A program made the translations under genes and the position numbers. This document shows, piece by piece, positions 1 to 9,910 of a DNA stretch of 64,000 nucleotides. Source of the stretch: an uncultured Gammaproteobacteria bacterium. Its GTDB lineage: Bacteria > Pseudomonadota > Gammaproteobacteria > DRLM01. Where the stretch lies: contig CAVSNY010000002.1 in assembly GCA_963729605.1 (NCBI GenBank), positions 145,824-209,823 of the forward strand, read 5' to 3'. Numbering within the stretch: the first letter of the stretch is position 1; the number at the start of each line of letters is the position of its first letter. The notes beneath the pieces are model-generated. The model worked only from the letters and a program-made list of their open reading frames with translations, searched no databases and had not been told where the DNA came from.

Positions 1-2003
1 ATGGCCTCGCGGCGGTGCGGCAGGGTGTTGCCGCCGTTGACGAAGTCGCGATAGGCGGCGATAGCCCGGTCGTAGTCGGCGGTTTTTTTATCGCCGCCGG
101 TCGCCAGCCGGTCATAGGCCTGGGCGAGGCCCAGGCGGGCTTGGGCGAGATAGGCGGCGAGATTTTGTTTGTGCGTTTGCACCGCGCGGGTCAGGAGGGT
201 GTGTAAATAATCGCGGTGCTGGGCCGCCAGCCGTTCGCTCTCCGCCAGCAACCGGGTCTGGCGGACGCGCATTTGGTTGAGGGCGTCGCTTTGGCCGCTG
301 AAGTTATTCTTGGCCCGCTCGCTGATTTGGCGGAGCAGGTCCTGCATGCGCGCCGCGTCGGCCAATACCTTGTCGAGTTCGATGAAGGCCTTTTTGGCCT
401 CCCACAGGCGGATGGGATAGGCCTTGCTCAAGTCGTTCAGCAGCAGGCCGCGCAGCAGGAGGTATTTGTCGTTCAAGTCCTGGTGTTCGGCCAGGATGTC
501 TTTGTTGCGCTCCAAGCGTTGCTCGAAGCGGTGGAGGATGGCGAGCTGGCGTTTCTCCTTGCTATTGGCCAGCGCGGTGACGTCGCCGTCGTTTTCGGCG
601 CGTTTCAATTCTTCTTGCAGGGCTTGGCCTTCGCTGAGCACGCCGGAGCGTTCGAGATTTTTTCGGTATTCGGTGATCTTGGGCAGCAGGCGGTCATGAT
701 GGGCGCGTTGCGCGTTGAGCAGGCTCGCATAGGCCTCGATGTCGGCGCCGGCGGTGCGCATGGCGTTTTGCAGGTAAAGCAGGTTGCGATAATTTTTGAA
801 GGTCTCCTGAAAGTCGTGGCGGCTGGAGGCTTCCGTGAAATAAATGCTGGCGGGATGATCCGGCAGGCTGTCGGGCCGCCAGGTCCAGCCGGCTTCTTCC
901 CCGCCCGCGCTGGCGGCGAACAAGGCCGCGAAGTAGCTGCCGTCGCCGATGGCCGCCGCCGCGTCATCGAGCCGGCGCTGTTCGGTTTCATAGTCGCGCA
1001 GGGCTTGTTCATAGGCGGCGATCGCCGCGGGATATTCCTGCAACTGATAATGGGCGCGCGCCGCGCCGAGCGCGCCTTCCTGCGCCACCGCGCCGCGGCC
1101 GCCGCGTTGCGCCAGCGTCGTCCAGTTCTCCGCCGCCGCGCGGTAGTCGCCGCGCAGGTAATCGGCCCAGCCCGCGCCGAGCAGGGCCGGGTCGCTTTCG
1201 GCGCGGGCGAGGGCGGCGCATATCGAGGACAGGTTCGCGCACTGCACGGGGTCGCCGCTGATCCGCGCGAAGACCGCGCGGGCGCGCTCGAACTGGTTTT
1301 GTTTGAGGAAGTAATAACCCAGTTTTATATTGACGAGGTTGCGCAGGCTTTGGCCGCGGGACGTGTACGGCGCGCTTTGCGCCAGTTGTTCCAAGATCGC
1401 GAGACCTTCCGGCGCGCGGCGCGCGTCCAGCAGGGCGACGCCCAGATTGTAGCGGCCGAAGTCGCTCCATTCGTCCTGGCCTTGCAGGGTCTTGGCCGCC
1501 GCGATGGCTTCCTGATAACGCTTGCGCGCCAGCAGCAGGGTCGCGAGTTGGTAATCCCGTTCGCTTTGGATGGCGCCGGGCGTGAGGTCTTTAAGATTGG
1601 CGAGGGCGGCTTCCGCCTCGACCAGGTAACCGCGTTGGGCGAGCTGGCGGGCGAGGGTGAGCCAGGCGTCTTGACGGATCGCAACGCCTTTGGCGCCGAG
1701 CTCGCGCAATAATTCGCCGGCCGCCTCGGGCAGGCCCAGGGCGAGATAGAGATCGGCGAGGGTGTGGGTGGCCTGGTCGGCGCGCGCGGCGATTTCCGGG
1801 AGGCGTTGCGCCTTTCGCAATTCGCCGAGGGCGGTGAAGTAGCGCCCTTGCAGGGAATAGTATTCGACCGGTCCCAATTCGAGGTCGCTGACCGCCCGCG
1901 CGCGTGCCGCGTCCAGCGTTTCCGCGGCGTGCGGCGCCGTCGCCACGAAGGTCGACAGCGCGGCCGCGAGGCATCCGATGAATAATGAACTGCGCGCTGC
2001 CAT
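1..2003 (-). CDS. TPR-like periplasmic protein; the 3' end runs off the left edge of the window
   Basis: The reverse frame is open from ATG (2003..2001) to position 1. It is absent from the ORF track, presumably because no stop lies in the window. My translation starts MAARSSLFIGCLAAALSTFVATAPHAAE (signal-like) and continues with Ala/Leu/Tyr-rich TPR-like helices (e.g. ...AIAAYEQALRDYE...). The + strand ORF 216..1712 is its antisense shadow. Confidence 0.6.
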   Translation of the reverse strand, partial: MAARSSLFIGCLAAALSTFVATAPHAAETLDAARARAVSDLELGPVEYYSLQGRYFTALGELRKAQRLPEIAARADQATHTLADLYLALGLPEAAGELLRELGAKGVAIRQDAWLTLARQLAQRGYLVEAEAALANLKDLTPGAIQSERDYQLATLLLARKRYQEAIAAAKTLQGQDEWSDFGRYNLGVALLDARRAPEGLAILEQLAQSAPYTSRGQSLRNLVNIKLGYYFLKQNQFERARAVFARISGDPVQCANLSSICAALARAESDPALLGAGWADYLRGDYRAAAENWTTLAQRGGRGAVAQEGALGAARAHYQLQEYPAAIAAYEQALRDYETEQRRLDDAAAAIGDGSYFAALFAASAGGEEAGWTWRPDSLPDHPASIYFTEASSRHDFQETFKNYRNLLYLQNAMRTAGADIEAYASLLNAQRAHHDRLLPKITEYRKNLERSGVLSEGQALQEELKRAENDGDVTALANSKEKRQLAILHRFEQRLERNKDILAEHQDLNDKYLLLRGLLLNDLSKAYPIRLWEAKKAFIELDKVLADAARMQDLLRQISERAKNNFSGQSDALNQMRVRQTRLLAESERLAAQHRDYLHTLLTRAVQTHKQNLAAYLAQARLGLAQAYDRLATGGDKKTADYDRAIAAYRDFVNGGNTLPHRREA

Positions 2004-2017
2004 GGCGGGGATCGGGC

Positions 2018-2551
2018 CTAATACTCCTTGATGGCCAGGGGACGGTCTTTGTTCGCCGGGCTGAGCTTGATTTCGAGGTATTTCGCGGTCAGGTCTTTTT
2101 CGAAGTTGCTGTTGAAGCTGTAATTGCGGTCCTTGCCGATGACGGTCACGCTGAGCTTGTGGTGACCCACCGCGACGTTGCCTTCATAGAGGCGCTGCAC
2201 GCCGCCGCGGCGCAGGGCGTCCTGTTCCCTTTCTGTGTACAGGTAATTCACCACCGTGCGGTTGTCCAGTTGCAGTTGCACGGAGTCGATCGGCGTATTG
2301 TCCCGGTCGTCGAGGGAGAGGAAGATGTTCACCTTGGTGGTGGTGGGCGACAACAGGTCGTCTTGCAGGCGGAGCAAATCCTGTTGCAGGTCGAGCATGT
2401 CTTTGCTGAGCGATTTCACCCGCTCCTCCAGGCTGCGGAAGTCCGGGTCCGGCTGGATGGTGAAGCGGTCGGGAATGTTGCCGTCGCCCAGCACTATGCC
2501 CGGCAACAAGGCCAGCAAAAAGCCGATGATTCGTCGTGTCAGCATGGTCAC
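2018..2551 (-). CDS. secreted/periplasmic protein of unknown function
   Basis: 177-aa ORF with an N-terminal hydrophobic signal-like segment (RRIIGFLLALLPGIVLG) and a coiled-coil-like LQQDLLRLQDDLL. Its stop lies 14 nt upstream of the TPR gene start, so the two are probably co-transcribed. Confidence 0.55.
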   Translation of the reverse strand: MTMLTRRIIGFLLALLPGIVLGDGNIPDRFTIQPDPDFRSLEERVKSLSKDMLDLQQDLLRLQDDLLSPTTTKVNIFLSLDDRDNTPIDSVQLQLDNRTVVNYLYTEREQDALRRGGVQRLYEGNVAVGHHKLSVTVIGKDRNYSFNSNFEKDLTAKYLEIKLSPANKDRPLAIKEY

Positions 2552-2776
2552 CCCATTGGATCGTTTTTTACTCTACCCCCCGCTCCGTCCGCTCCCTATG
2601 TCGGGGCGGGAACCCGGGGGAATTTCGTCTTGATAATCGACATAACCGGCTTCTCGGTACCGCGTTGCGCTCGCCTCGCCGGCCCGATCCGCGCACAGGA
2701 GCGGATTTGTTCGGGCCGGAAGATGGGCGCGTTACGCGGAACGGCGGTGATGAGGCGCAGGCGTGCCGCCGGTTAC

Positions 2777-3334
2777 TTATTGCCACTCACTCAATAATTG
2801 ACGCAGCTCTTTTTCATACTCCGCCTCGTCCGTATCGCGATAACCTTTATGAAGGAAGCGCTGTTTGCCATCTTTATCGACCAGCACCAGGGCCGGCATA
2901 AGGTCGATCTGGTAACGCGGCGCGATCATCTTGTCGCGGTCGATGAGGATGGGAAAATCGAGACGCAGACCGGCGGCGGTGGCCTTGGCCTGGCCCAGAT
3001 CGAGGTCGGTGGCCAGGGCGAAGACGCGCAAGCCTTGATCGGCGTAGCGCTGGTGCAAGGCATTCAAGGCGTGCAGTTGTTGTTCGCAGGCGCGGCAGCG
3101 GTTTTTCAGGAAGGCCAGCATCACCACCTGGCCGCGGTATTCCGCCAGGCGCAGGTTGTCGCCTTGGATGCTTTTCAGGGTGAAGTCCGGCGCGGGCGGA
3201 GTTCCCGGGAGCGGGGCGGCGGCCAGGCCCGGCGCGACGATCAATAGCAATAACACTACCCCGGCGCCCCACATGCTCAGCGGGGAGGGTGCGGTGCGCG
3301 GATGTGAGTGTCCTGCTGCTGGATTCATCGTCAT
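2777..3334 (-). CDS. TlpA/redoxin-family periplasmic thiol:disulfide oxidoreductase
   Basis: 185-aa ORF with a signal-like N-terminus and a thioredoxin-fold CxxC (FLKNRCRACEQQ). The layout resembles the TlpA/ResA/AhpC-TSA family. Confidence 0.7.
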   Translation of the reverse strand: MTMNPAAGHSHPRTAPSPLSMWGAGVVLLLLIVAPGLAAAPLPGTPPAPDFTLKSIQGDNLRLAEYRGQVVMLAFLKNRCRACEQQLHALNALHQRYADQGLRVFALATDLDLGQAKATAAGLRLDFPILIDRDKMIAPRYQIDLMPALVLVDKDGKQRFLHKGYRDTDEAEYEKELRQLLSEWQ

Positions 3335-3533
3335 TTAGACTGTGGGGTTTGAATCAATTTTTCGCGCGGAGCGGTAGGCGGCGCGAGTTCGCTGGTTGCA
3401 GGCGAAGGCCCGATGCGGTGGCTAAGGATAACACCAAATTCGGAACGGGCGTAAGCGCGGCGCGCCATCCGCCGCGCGAGCGCGTGTTATGATGCGGATT
3501 CGCTTAAATCAGCCCCAAGGTTGATTATCCATC

Positions 3534-4307
3534 GTGATCGCATCTACTTCATCGCCGCGTTTCCCCCGCGATTACACCGTCCCCACGGTGGCCTTGCTCT
3601 TGCTCGCCGCGCTGTTGTCGTCGGGCGGCAACATGCCGGTGTTTCTATTTTTCAATCAGCCGGCCTCGCCCGCCGTCGCCGCGCTGTGGGCGCATTGGAC
3701 GGTGCTGGGCGATGCCCTGTTGTTGATGGTGTTGACGCTGGTCTTCGTGGGCCGTCGGCCCGACGTGGTGTGGGCGGTGTGGATCGCCGCCATCGTCACT
3801 ACCTTGGCGGTACATGGTTTGAAGCTCTGGCTGGCCGTGCCGCGCCCGCCCGCCCTGCTGGACCCGGCGCACTTGCAGGTGGTGGGTCAGGTGTTGCGCG
3901 GCGAATCGTTTCCTTCCGGGCATACCACGGCGGCCTTCGCCTTCGCGGGAGTGCTGATCTTGAGCCTGCGCCGGGTCTGGGTGACGGTCTTGCTGTTGAG
4001 TGTGGCGCTGGGTGTGGGTATATCGCGGATGGCGGTGGGCGCGCATTGGCCGGTGGATGTGCTGACCGGTGCGGCACTGGGTTGGTTGGGTGCATGCGCC
4101 GCCATGGTCTTGACGCAACGCTGGGCCTGGGGCCTGTCGCTGACGGCGCAGCGCATCATGGCGGCACTCTTGGTGACGGCCGCGCTGGTGATGTTATGGG
4201 GGCATGACAGCGGTTATCCTCAGACCGCGATCATGCAGCGGGCACTGGCCCTGGTGGCCTTGGCGGCGGGTACGCCCGGCCTGATCCGCTTGGCGCGGGG
4301 CCGGTGA
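3534..4307 (+). CDS. PAP2-family membrane phosphatase
   Basis: All three acid-phosphatase signature motifs are visible: KLWLAVPRP (KxxxxxxRP), FPSGHT (PSGH) and SRMAVGAHWPVD (SRxxxxxHxxxD). The protein is multi-TM and hydrophobic, with a GTG start. Confidence 0.8.
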   Translation: MIASTSSPRFPRDYTVPTVALLLLAALLSSGGNMPVFLFFNQPASPAVAALWAHWTVLGDALLLMVLTLVFVGRRPDVVWAVWIAAIVTTLAVHGLKLWLAVPRPPALLDPAHLQVVGQVLRGESFPSGHTTAAFAFAGVLILSLRRVWVTVLLLSVALGVGISRMAVGAHWPVDVLTGAALGWLGACAAMVLTQRWAWGLSLTAQRIMAALLVTAALVMLWGHDSGYPQTAIMQRALALVALAAGTPGLIRLARGR

Positions 4308-4338
4308 GCCGCGGGCGTGCCGATTAATCTCCACCGGA

Positions 4339-4420
4339 CCGCCCAGCCGCCGGACGTGCTTTCTGCTCTATCAATCCAATCGGTCCGGAAATTTTCCTGG
4401 CGTCCTTGGCGGCTGGGCGG
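4339..4420. terminator. 13-bp perfect inverted repeat with a 56-nt spacer between convergent genes; a possible bidirectional terminator or structured element
   Basis: ccgcccagccgcc (4339..4351) pairs with ggcggctgggcgg (4408..4420). Inner arms ccggaccg / cggtccgg are also complementary. It lies between the PAP2 stop and the prk stop. Confidence 0.3.
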
Positions 4421-4445
4421 TTTACGATTTTCTTAACGCATTAGC

Positions 4446-5321
4446 TCAAGACCCGGAACGGCGCTTGTGTTCCATCATGTCGTGGATGATGGGGGTGAGG
4501 ATGATCTCCATCGCGAAGCCCATCTTGCTGCCCGGCACCACCAGGGTATTGGGACGCGACATCCACGAGTCGTGGATCATCTGCATGTAATACGGGAAGT
4601 CGTGCTTCTTGGGATAGCGGAAGCGGATGACGATGAAGCTTTCGTCCGGGGTCGGGATGTCGCGGGCGATGAAGGGATTCGAGGTGTCGACGATCGCCAC
4701 CCGCTGGAAGTTGATGTCGGTGCGCGAGAACTGCGGGGTGATGTACTGCACGTAGTCCGGCATGCGGCGCAGGATGGTGTCGACGATGGCGTCGGCGGAA
4801 TAGCCGCGCTCTTTGTTGTCGCGATGGATCTTCTGTATCCACTCCAAGTTGACGATGGGCACCACGCCGATCAATAAATCCACCCATTGAGCGACGTCGA
4901 TGCCGTCGGCCACCACGCCACCGTGCAGTCCTTCGTAAAACAGCAGATCGGAACCGGGCGCGATGGGTTCCCACGGCGTGAAGGTGCCGGGGGCGGCGTT
5001 GTGCAGCGCGGCTTCTTCGTCGTTGTGGATGTAATACCGTTTCTGGCCCGTGCCGGTTTCACCGTAGGTGCGGAACAACTCTTCCAGTTTGTCGAAGACA
5101 TTGGCCTCGGCGCCGAAGTGGCTGAGGGTGCGGCCCTCTTTGCGGGCCTTTTCGACGGCTTCGCGCATGGTGGCGCGGTCATAACGGTGAAAGCTGTCGC
5201 CTTCCACCACCGCGGCCTTCAAGCCTTCGCGGCGGAAGATGTGCTCGAAGGCGTTTTTCACCGTGGTGGTACCGGCGCCCGAAGATCCGGTGACGGCGAT
5301 GACGGGGTGTTTCTTTGACAT
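4446..5321 (-). CDS. prk: phosphoribulokinase
   Basis: 291 aa. The N-terminus MSKKHPVIAVTGSSGAGTTTV (P-loop) and overall sequence are typical of bacterial PrkB/CbbP. Confidence 0.9.
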   Translation of the reverse strand: MSKKHPVIAVTGSSGAGTTTVKNAFEHIFRREGLKAAVVEGDSFHRYDRATMREAVEKARKEGRTLSHFGAEANVFDKLEELFRTYGETGTGQKRYYIHNDEEAALHNAAPGTFTPWEPIAPGSDLLFYEGLHGGVVADGIDVAQWVDLLIGVVPIVNLEWIQKIHRDNKERGYSADAIVDTILRRMPDYVQYITPQFSRTDINFQRVAIVDTSNPFIARDIPTPDESFIVIRFRYPKKHDFPYYMQMIHDSWMSRPNTLVVPGSKMGFAMEIILTPIIHDMMEHKRRSGS

Positions 5322-5629
5322 AACGTGATCCCTCTTTAGTCTATAAATTAAAAATGAGATTAAGCCTTTTTATTGGAATTCTGTTCTCGCGGCGCACGCG
5401 GCTGCTGCGGTGATTCGGGCGGGTTCGCGCGAGGAAACTTGTCAGGCCCGCGCGACCGGCGAAAGCGGCAAATTATACTGAAGTTTGCCGTCTTGTGCGC
5501 GAGGCGGCGGCCGGGTGCGGCGGGGCGAGTGGAAAACGGGGGGACCACCGGGGTGCCCTGCTTGTAATTCCAGGGCCGGAATGCGATTATCGCCTTGTTT
5601 TTATTGAGCCGGGACGTGAGGGGACTTGC

Positions 5630-6232
5630 ATGTTGATGGCGCATAGGCAGGGCTGGACATGGGTGGCGTTGCTCGCGATGCTGGGTCTGGGCGGTTGCGC
5701 TTCCATTTTTACTTCTTCTTGGGTGAGCGGTACCCAGGTGGATCGTAATCATCACCTGGTGAGCGCGTCCTCGGAGCCGTTGTTCGCCACGGTGTATTTC
5801 ATCCGCCCGCAGACCGAAAGGGCCATGGGTTTTTCCGATAACGCCCTCACGGTCAAGGTGGACGGCCGCAAGTTGATGACCCTTGAAAAGGGCGATTACA
5901 CGCTGGTGTACATGCGGCCGCGGCTGAATACCACGGTGACCTTGGAGAATCGCACCGAGGTGGGGCCGACCAAGAGTTCGAACACCATGAGCGACGCCGA
6001 TACCCCCAATTGGGTGCAGCGCGGTACCTGGCCCACCAAGATCATCGCCAAGAATTATCACTTTGATTTTGCCGCCGGCCAGAGTTATTTCCTGGTGCTG
6101 GAACCGGAAGACGGCGAATTCCGCGGGGTGCATTTCGTGGCCAAGAATGTCGATCTCTTTACCGCCAAGGAACAAACCCGGCCTTTGCGGGCGGTGGGTT
6201 TGGCCGCCAATCAACCACTCGCCAATCTGTAA
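5630..6232 (+). CDS. lipoprotein of unknown function (DUF2846-like)
   Basis: The internal ATG at 5630 is preceded by gaggggac and gives MLMAHRQGWTWVALLAMLGLGGCAS, i.e. a lipobox (LGGC). The upstream part of track ORF 5495..6232 looks non-coding. Confidence 0.6.
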   Translation: MLMAHRQGWTWVALLAMLGLGGCASIFTSSWVSGTQVDRNHHLVSASSEPLFATVYFIRPQTERAMGFSDNALTVKVDGRKLMTLEKGDYTLVYMRPRLNTTVTLENRTEVGPTKSSNTMSDADTPNWVQRGTWPTKIIAKNYHFDFAAGQSYFLVLEPEDGEFRGVHFVAKNVDLFTAKEQTRPLRAVGLAANQPLANL

Positions 6233-6598
6233 GCCGCCGGTGTGAGGTCGAAGCCGCCGGTCCGCGCGAGGGCGGTTGGCGGTGACGTTGCAGGTCGCGT
6301 GATTAAATTCCGCTCAAGCTCCGCATCGACTCCGCCATTTCCCTTTGCCGAATACACGCCGCGTTGTATCCATGGTGGCCGCGGGGAGACCTTGCGTTCC
6401 TTTGATCGTGAGCGGTCGGCCGGGCGCCGAGTTCACGGAGGAAAAATAAAAATTTCGCGTCTTGCCGAAGTCACCCAACGGGTGAGGCCGCCTAATGCCG
6501 CGGCATCCTGAGTCTCCGTGTCCTCCGTGCTTGGCATGCGGTTTTTAGATTGATACCGCTCGACGAGATTGGCTGATGGGGCCGGCGGCGATGACGGG

Positions 6599-7312
6599 CT
6601 ACGCGGTCTTTTTGCTGTGCAAGCCGCATTCTTTCGATTCCGGATTCTCCCACCACCAACGGCCGGCGCGGATGTCTTCGCCCACGGCGATGGCGCGGGT
6701 GCAGGGCGCGCAGCCGATGCTGGGATAGTGCCGGTCGTGGAGGGCGTTGTACGGCACGTTGAAATGGCGGATGTAGTCCCACACGTCGTGGTGGGTCCAG
6801 TCGATCAGCGGGTTGAATTTTTGCAGGCCGTTGCCGGCGTCCCACTCGGAGACGCCGAGGTCGGTGCGGGTGGGGGCCTGTTCGCGGCGCAGGCCGGTGA
6901 TCCAGGATTTTTTACCTTGCAACGCGCGCTGCAGGGGTTCCACTTTGCGCATGTGGCAGCAGCTCTTGCGCAGCTCGACGCTCTCGTAAAAGGCGTTCGG
7001 GCCGTGTGCGGCGATGTACTGTTCGACCGCCTCGTGCCTGGGAAAATACGGCGTGAAACGTCGGCCGTAACGGGCCATGGCCGTCTGCATCAAGTCGTAG
7101 GTTTCCGCCGGCAGGCGGCCGGTGTCGAGCGTGAAGATTTCGATGGCGGGCGCGTGTTGGCAGATGAGGTCGGTGAGCAGCATGTCTTCGGCGCCGAAGC
7201 TGTTGGCGAAGGTCGCCGGCGCGTGCTCGGTGGCGATGGTGCGCAGCACCGCGACCGCCGCGTCGATTTTATCCTGTAAATCCGGGCGCAAACTCATCTC
7301 AACACTCTCCAC
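6599..7312 (-). CDS. cysH: adenylylsulfate (APS)/PAPS reductase, thioredoxin-dependent, Fe-S type
   Basis: 237 aa. It has the C-terminal ECGLH catalytic motif plus the Cys pair KSCCHMRK and SIGCAPCT (CC...CxxC), which is typical of bacterial assimilatory APS reductases. Confidence 0.85.
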   Translation of the reverse strand: MESVEMSLRPDLQDKIDAAVAVLRTIATEHAPATFANSFGAEDMLLTDLICQHAPAIEIFTLDTGRLPAETYDLMQTAMARYGRRFTPYFPRHEAVEQYIAAHGPNAFYESVELRKSCCHMRKVEPLQRALQGKKSWITGLRREQAPTRTDLGVSEWDAGNGLQKFNPLIDWTHHDVWDYIRHFNVPYNALHDRHYPSIGCAPCTRAIAVGEDIRAGRWWWENPESKECGLHSKKTA

Positions 7313-7319
7313 TTAAGTG

Positions 7320-7457
7320 AGCCTCTGATTTTATTCGGGGGTTCCCTGCGGCACATGGATGTGTCGCCATTTTCAATGGCAATCGGCCATTGAAATGAAG
7401 GAAAGCGAAAATCCCATGTTTCGCTTTCCTTGTCCCGGAAAATTCCAGGATGGAATT
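7320..7457 (-). repeat. copy A of a ~125-bp structured intergenic repeat family (reverse orientation)
   Basis: The reverse complement aligns with 16186..16305 and 56268..56397. Shared blocks: aattccatcctggaat, gattttcgctt, ttcaatggc...gccattgaa, catccatgtgccgc. Confidence 0.8.
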
Positions 7458-7594
7458 CTTCGGGGCCTCTTGAGAACCGCCGCCCCCGCAGTGGCCGGCG
7501 CTCCCGACGCGGGAAACGCGGCGAGGCGGTATTCTCGCCGATGCCGAGCCGCGTCAATGCGGCAGCCCACCGCCGCTCGGATGTCCGCGCCGCT

Positions 7595-9910
7595 TCAGCC
7601 CACCGACGCGTTCACCTCGTCGGCCGCTTTGCGGACCTTGATGCGGGTGGCGGTGCCTTGTTCCTCGAAGCTGACGATCTCGTGGCCGTCGCTCTTGAGG
7701 CTGGAACGCACTTGCAGCGAAGGATCGCCGGACACGAACAGGAACTCCACTTCATCGCCGGCGCCGAACTTGCGCAGTTCGTTGCGGGCCTTGATGTAGT
7801 GCAGCGGGCAGCCGTAGCCGGTGAGGTCGATCACCGCCGCGGCGTTTTTCTTGGCGGCCGCGATGTTGGCGGGCAACGACGCCGACAGGTCCAATTGGCG
7901 GTCGATGGTTTGGCAGGTCTCCGCCGCGGCGACCATCCACTCGTCCATGGCCCGCGAGAATTTGGCGAAGCTGTCGACATCGGCCTCGTCGCGCTGGATT
8001 TTCAACTCGGCGTTGAATTGCTCCAATTGATCGGCGAGGGTCGCGCTTTGCGGCAGGTGCGCGCGGATCGCGGCGGCGATCTCGTTGAGGTCGGTGAGGG
8101 CCTTTTGCCCGGCGAGGAACAGCAGGGACTGGCCGATCAGGCGCAATGTGTGCTCGGCGCACTCGGCCGCTTCTTCGTATTTGCGTTGCAGGCCGAAGGC
8201 GTTGCGGTAGCTGCGTTCGTGGGCGGCCTCGGCGAAGTTGGAGGAGACCAGTTCCTGGGCCGCGCCGGCGCATTCGCCGCCGCCCAATTGCAGCACTTTG
8301 AACGAATCGGCCTCGCCGTGATCGCGGGCGACGCTCGCCAGTTCACTTTCCGCCACCGAGCACAACTCGGCCAGCAGGGTGTTGAAATAACCGGCCGGCT
8401 GGCGATGGGTCCACTGGAAGAAGCTCTCGTCGTTTTGGCGCGACGCGGCATAGGTGTCTTGCACCCGTTTCACCGCGCTTTCGATGCGGGCCGCCGGGAC
8501 GGTCGGGCCCTTGATGGCCAAGGCGCCGCCGCCGCGGCCGTCGCCGCCGAAATAGGTTTGATAGTGCGGGATCAGTTTGCCGTGCAGACGCTTGCCTTCG
8601 CCGTAAATGCCGATGTCGCCGGTCTCCGGCTGGGCGCAGCCGTTGTGGCAACCGCTGGCGCGGATGCGCAGGTCGTGGACGCCACCATCGAGTTTGAGTC
8701 CGATGGTCTTCGACGAGGTGATGCCCAGGCGGCAGGTGGACGTGCCGGGGCAGGCCACCACATTGTCGCCGGTGACGGGTTCGCCGAGGCCGAGCGCGGT
8801 GACGGCGCTGCGCACCCGCGCGATCTGGGCGGTGGGCACATTGATCAGCATCAATTTTTGATCTTGCGTGGCGCGGATCTCCGCGAGTCCCAACTCCTGC
8901 ATGAGGGCGGCGAGGCCGCGCAGTTGCGGCGAGTTGATGTCGCCGATCGGCACGCTGATCGGAAAGACATGGAGGCCCGCTTGTTTCTGCGGGAACACGC
9001 GGCGCGGCGCGCCGGCGGTGGGGATTTCGCCAGTGGTGGCGCCGGCGGCCCACTGGCCTTGCGGATAGGGCTGGCCTTCATAGGCGGTGCGGGTGCGCGC
9101 CAGTTCTTCGCGGTATTTTTCCACGAAGCCTTCCGGGCCGAATTTGTCGACCAGGAATTTGATGCGGGCCTTGGCGCGGCGCTTGCGGTCGGAGTAACGG
9201 TTGTGCAGGGAGATCAGCGCCTCCATGCAGGGCAGCAGCTCGTTTTCCTCGACGAATTCTTCCACGGTGATGGCGTGGTGCGGCTTATGGCCGAGGCCGC
9301 CGCCCGCGAGGATTTTGAAACCGAAGCGGCCGTTTTTATTCACGGCGACCACGCCGAGGTCGTGCATCAGGCCCTGCGCGCAATCGGTCTCGCAGGCGGA
9401 GAAGCTCATCTTGAATTTACGCGGCAAATGCTGAGTCAGCGGATGGCGCAGGAAACGGTTGACCGCCGCTTCCATATGAGTGGTGACGTCGGTGTGCTGA
9501 CGGGGGCACATGCCGGTCAACGGGCAGGCGGTGACGTTGCGTACGGTGTTGCCGCAGGCCTCGCGGGTGGTGAGCCCGGCCGCGCCGAGACGGCGCATGG
9601 CGGCGGCGGTGTCCTTGGTGGGCACGTAGTGGACTTGGATGTCCTGGCGGGTGGTGATGTGCACCACGTCGTGCTGGGCGTATTGATCGAGGATGTCGGC
9701 GATCGCCACCATCTGTTCCGCGTCGAGGGCGCCGCCGGGGAGTTTGACGCGGATCATGTGCACGCCGTCCTGGCGTTGGCCGTAGATGCCGTGTTGCAGG
9801 CGGAAGGCCATGAAGCGGTCCGGGTCCATCTGGCCGCCGACGAAGGCCTGCACGCCCTCTTCGTAACGGTCGATCTCTTCGTGGTTGACCAGATTTCTAA
9901 CAATACTCAT
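7595..9910 (-). CDS. cysI: sulfite reductase hemoprotein (NirA/CysI-like) fused to a helical linker domain and a C-terminal TusA-like domain
   Basis: 771 aa. The siroheme/4Fe-4S Cys clusters VVACPGTSTCRLG and ASGCHNGCAQP are present. The C-terminal ~75 aa (IDLTGYGCPLHYIKARNELRKFGAGDEVEFLF...) aligns with E. coli TusA around its CP active-site Cys. Confidence 0.8.
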   Translation of the reverse strand: MSIVRNLVNHEEIDRYEEGVQAFVGGQMDPDRFMAFRLQHGIYGQRQDGVHMIRVKLPGGALDAEQMVAIADILDQYAQHDVVHITTRQDIQVHYVPTKDTAAAMRRLGAAGLTTREACGNTVRNVTACPLTGMCPRQHTDVTTHMEAAVNRFLRHPLTQHLPRKFKMSFSACETDCAQGLMHDLGVVAVNKNGRFGFKILAGGGLGHKPHHAITVEEFVEENELLPCMEALISLHNRYSDRKRRAKARIKFLVDKFGPEGFVEKYREELARTRTAYEGQPYPQGQWAAGATTGEIPTAGAPRRVFPQKQAGLHVFPISVPIGDINSPQLRGLAALMQELGLAEIRATQDQKLMLINVPTAQIARVRSAVTALGLGEPVTGDNVVACPGTSTCRLGITSSKTIGLKLDGGVHDLRIRASGCHNGCAQPETGDIGIYGEGKRLHGKLIPHYQTYFGGDGRGGGALAIKGPTVPAARIESAVKRVQDTYAASRQNDESFFQWTHRQPAGYFNTLLAELCSVAESELASVARDHGEADSFKVLQLGGGECAGAAQELVSSNFAEAAHERSYRNAFGLQRKYEEAAECAEHTLRLIGQSLLFLAGQKALTDLNEIAAAIRAHLPQSATLADQLEQFNAELKIQRDEADVDSFAKFSRAMDEWMVAAAETCQTIDRQLDLSASLPANIAAAKKNAAAVIDLTGYGCPLHYIKARNELRKFGAGDEVEFLFVSGDPSLQVRSSLKSDGHEIVSFEEQGTATRIKVRKAADEVNASVG

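Noticed and set aside
216-1712. 498-aa + strand ORF covering most of the first 2 kb
   Set aside because: The composition is typical of an antisense shadow in high-GC DNA (Ala/Gly/Arg/Val-rich, with no recognisable motifs). The opposite strand carries a continuous open frame with a signal peptide and TPR-like repeats starting at 2003.
6242-6511. 89-aa ORF in the 366-bp gap between the lipoprotein gene and cysH
   Set aside because: It is Arg/Gly/Ala-rich with no motifs or ribosome-binding site. It lies between convergent genes where terminators are expected.
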